Below are positions 61,910 to 64,000 of a DNA stretch of 64,000 bases, piece after piece (the first letter of the stretch is position 1; each line of letters starts with the position of its first letter). The stretch is from Azolla caroliniana (Eukaryota > Plantae > Polypodiophyta), in the NCBI GenBank assembly GCA_043228905.1, contig JBHGNT010000021.1, positions 7,936,001-8,000,000 of the forward strand, in the 5' to 3' direction. The notes beneath the pieces are model-generated. The model saw only the letters and a program-made list of their open reading frames with translations. It was not told the DNA's origin and made no database searches. Both the position numbers and the translations under genes were made by a program.

Positions 61910-64000
61910 GTCGAGCCCGAAACTGGATGTGGAGTACCCGGCTACGGAAGACCCGGTGAGAACCGGATGACAAGTACCCGGCAAGAGCCGGATGGTGAAG
62001 GCCCGGTGAGAACCGGATGTGGAGTACCCGACAACGGAAGACCCGGTGAGAACCGAATGACGAGTACCCGGCAAGCGCCGGATGATGCAAGCCCGGTGAG
62101 GAGTGCTCACCGTATGAAGGGACATATTCATAAATATGTTTTTGAGAGTCCATCGGGGCTATATTTGTAAATAGCCGAAAAGTCATATTAGTATAAATAT
62201 GACTTAGGGCAAACTTAGAGTGTGGTTGTCATTCTTGTTGGCACAAGATTAGTGTGCGTAACTGTGTACAGAGTGAGTGAGAGAGAGGAAGAGGTCGTTG
62301 CCTCTGTTGTAACCGCCGCCTGTGGCGAAGATAGGAAGCTCGAGGTCGTTGTCTCGGTGCTTCTCTATTGTACATTCTAATATAGTGATAGTTTGCAGTC
62401 TGTGGGCTGCCGTGGTTTTTTCTGTAGTTTGGGTTTTTCCACGTTAACATCCAGTGTACTCTTCTCTTCACTGTGTTGTGCATTCATTCCCGTCTTCTGT
62501 GTTTGATTCTAAGCTCGGTTGTGGCCGAGCGTTGTTTGTTGGGAGCGTGTAGTTCTTGTCAAAGTGGTATCAGAGCGAGGCAACATAGAAAAATGGACGA
62601 TTCGTTGGGAGGCATGTTCAACCTCACCGGCTCCAACTATTCGGTGTGGAAGTCGAAGATGAGGGACATGCTCGTGGTTAAAGAACTTTGGCTGCCGGTT
62701 CAGTTCAGGTACAAGAGACCGGACAAAATCGACGCTGCGATATGGGAGGTGATGCACATGAAGACAACGACGTACATACGGTCCTTCATCAACATGAGTC
62801 TATACAACAACTTCAATGAAGAGAGCAAGGCTCATGAGCTTTGGGAGAAGATCGGCATTATGTTTCAGAACAAAAATGTTGTTAACCAGGTTTTGGTATT
62901 CCAGAAGCTAGTAAGACTCCAGTACGAAGATGGCTCTAGCATGGCGGAGCACATGAATGCCTTCCAGGGACTGATACACCAGGAAACATCATTGGAAGTA
63001 CCTCTCGCCAATGAGGTACTAGCGCTACTCCTGCTCGGTTCCCTCCCGGATTGCTAGGAGACGTTGGTTGTCACTTTGGGCAACGCCGGGCCGGAAGGGA
63101 AACGGTTATCCCTAGCAAGAGTGAAGTCGAGCTTGCTAGATGAGGAGGCACGTCGGAAAGATAAGGATATGAGCTCCAACTCCAAAGCACTCCTTACTGA
63201 ATCGGAACGTGGAAGACAAAGGAACCGTAGCCCCCAGAACCGGGAAAAGTCGGGGACACGGTCAAAGTCAAGGGGGAGGCCTACTTGCTTCTATTGCGGC
63301 AAGCCGGGACACTTCTAGAAAAACAGTCGGCACTTCCAAAAGGACAAGGAGGCCGACGACATCGATTCTAAGCGGACACTGGACCGAAACGGTAAAGATT
63401 GGAGGGGGCCGGACCAGAAGGGAACGACGGCAATCGTGGCAAGTGAAGCAGAGTTGATGCTCATCACCAAGGAGAGTGAGATAAACCTTGCCGGCGACGA
63501 GATGACCTGGGTGGTCGACTCCGGAGCGTTATTCGACCTTACCCTAGACCGGAAATGCTTCTCATCCTACTTAGTCGGTGATCATGGATGTGTCCGGATG
63601 GGGAATGAAGGTACATGCTGAATTGTTGGCATAGGAGACGTGTGGTTGACAACACCAACCGGATGCAAGCTGCTGCTAAAGGATGTCCGACACGTTCCGG
63701 AGGTTCGTCTGAACCTGATATCAGCCGGTTGGCTAAATGATGAAGGCTACACGGGTAGCATCCGGAACGGTGTTATGAAGTTCAGAAAAGGGAGCCTAAT
63801 TGTGGCTCCGGCCCGGAAGGTAAACACGTTGTACCTGATGAATGCTCGATTATGCCCGGAAGAAGTGAACGTGGCATCCGACACTGCCGGTGAGCTGTGG
63901 CACAAGAAACTGTCACATGAGCGAGAAGGGGATGAAGAGGCTTACAGACGACAACCTCATTCCAGTGAAGAACGTGCACTTGGAGAAGTGCACTAATTGT
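61910..64000 (+). mobile_element. Ty1/copia element H (A/B/C family): 5'-truncated LTR, PBS, gag-PR; runs off window end
   Basis: LTR about 61910-62561, PBS 62565-62576, gag ATG 62593 (MDDSLGGMFNLTGSNYSVWKSK), WVVDSGA, several stops. Confidence 0.92.

Overview
Repeat-rich land-plant genomic DNA, probably a non-seed plant such as a fern or lycophyte (inferred from Phygy/Selgy-like gypsy elements with tRNA-Trp PBSs). One apparently intact host gene, an 11-coding-exon nucleoporin NUP98 (minus strand, 32183-38377, about 976 aa), sits between two deep nests of decayed Ty1/copia and Ty3/gypsy LTR retrotransposons. The window also holds solo LTRs, a non-autonomous hAT element, a LINE ORF1 fragment and large inverted repeats. 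Many insertion boundaries can be resolved by TG...CA ends and target-site duplications (TSDs). The most notable signals are: (1) a conserved plant-virus-like -1 frameshift cassette (G GAU UUU UAG plus a predicted stem/pseudoknot) between protease and RT in both near-complete gypsy copies; (2) CpG-centred 4-bp targets for this gypsy group; (3) tRNA-like Pol III modules inside two gypsy LTRs; (4) a copia lineage with a duplicated PPT and a long in-frame Pol extension; (5) two independent insertions 2 bp apart at the homologous integrase site. All coordinates were read by eye and no database searches were run.
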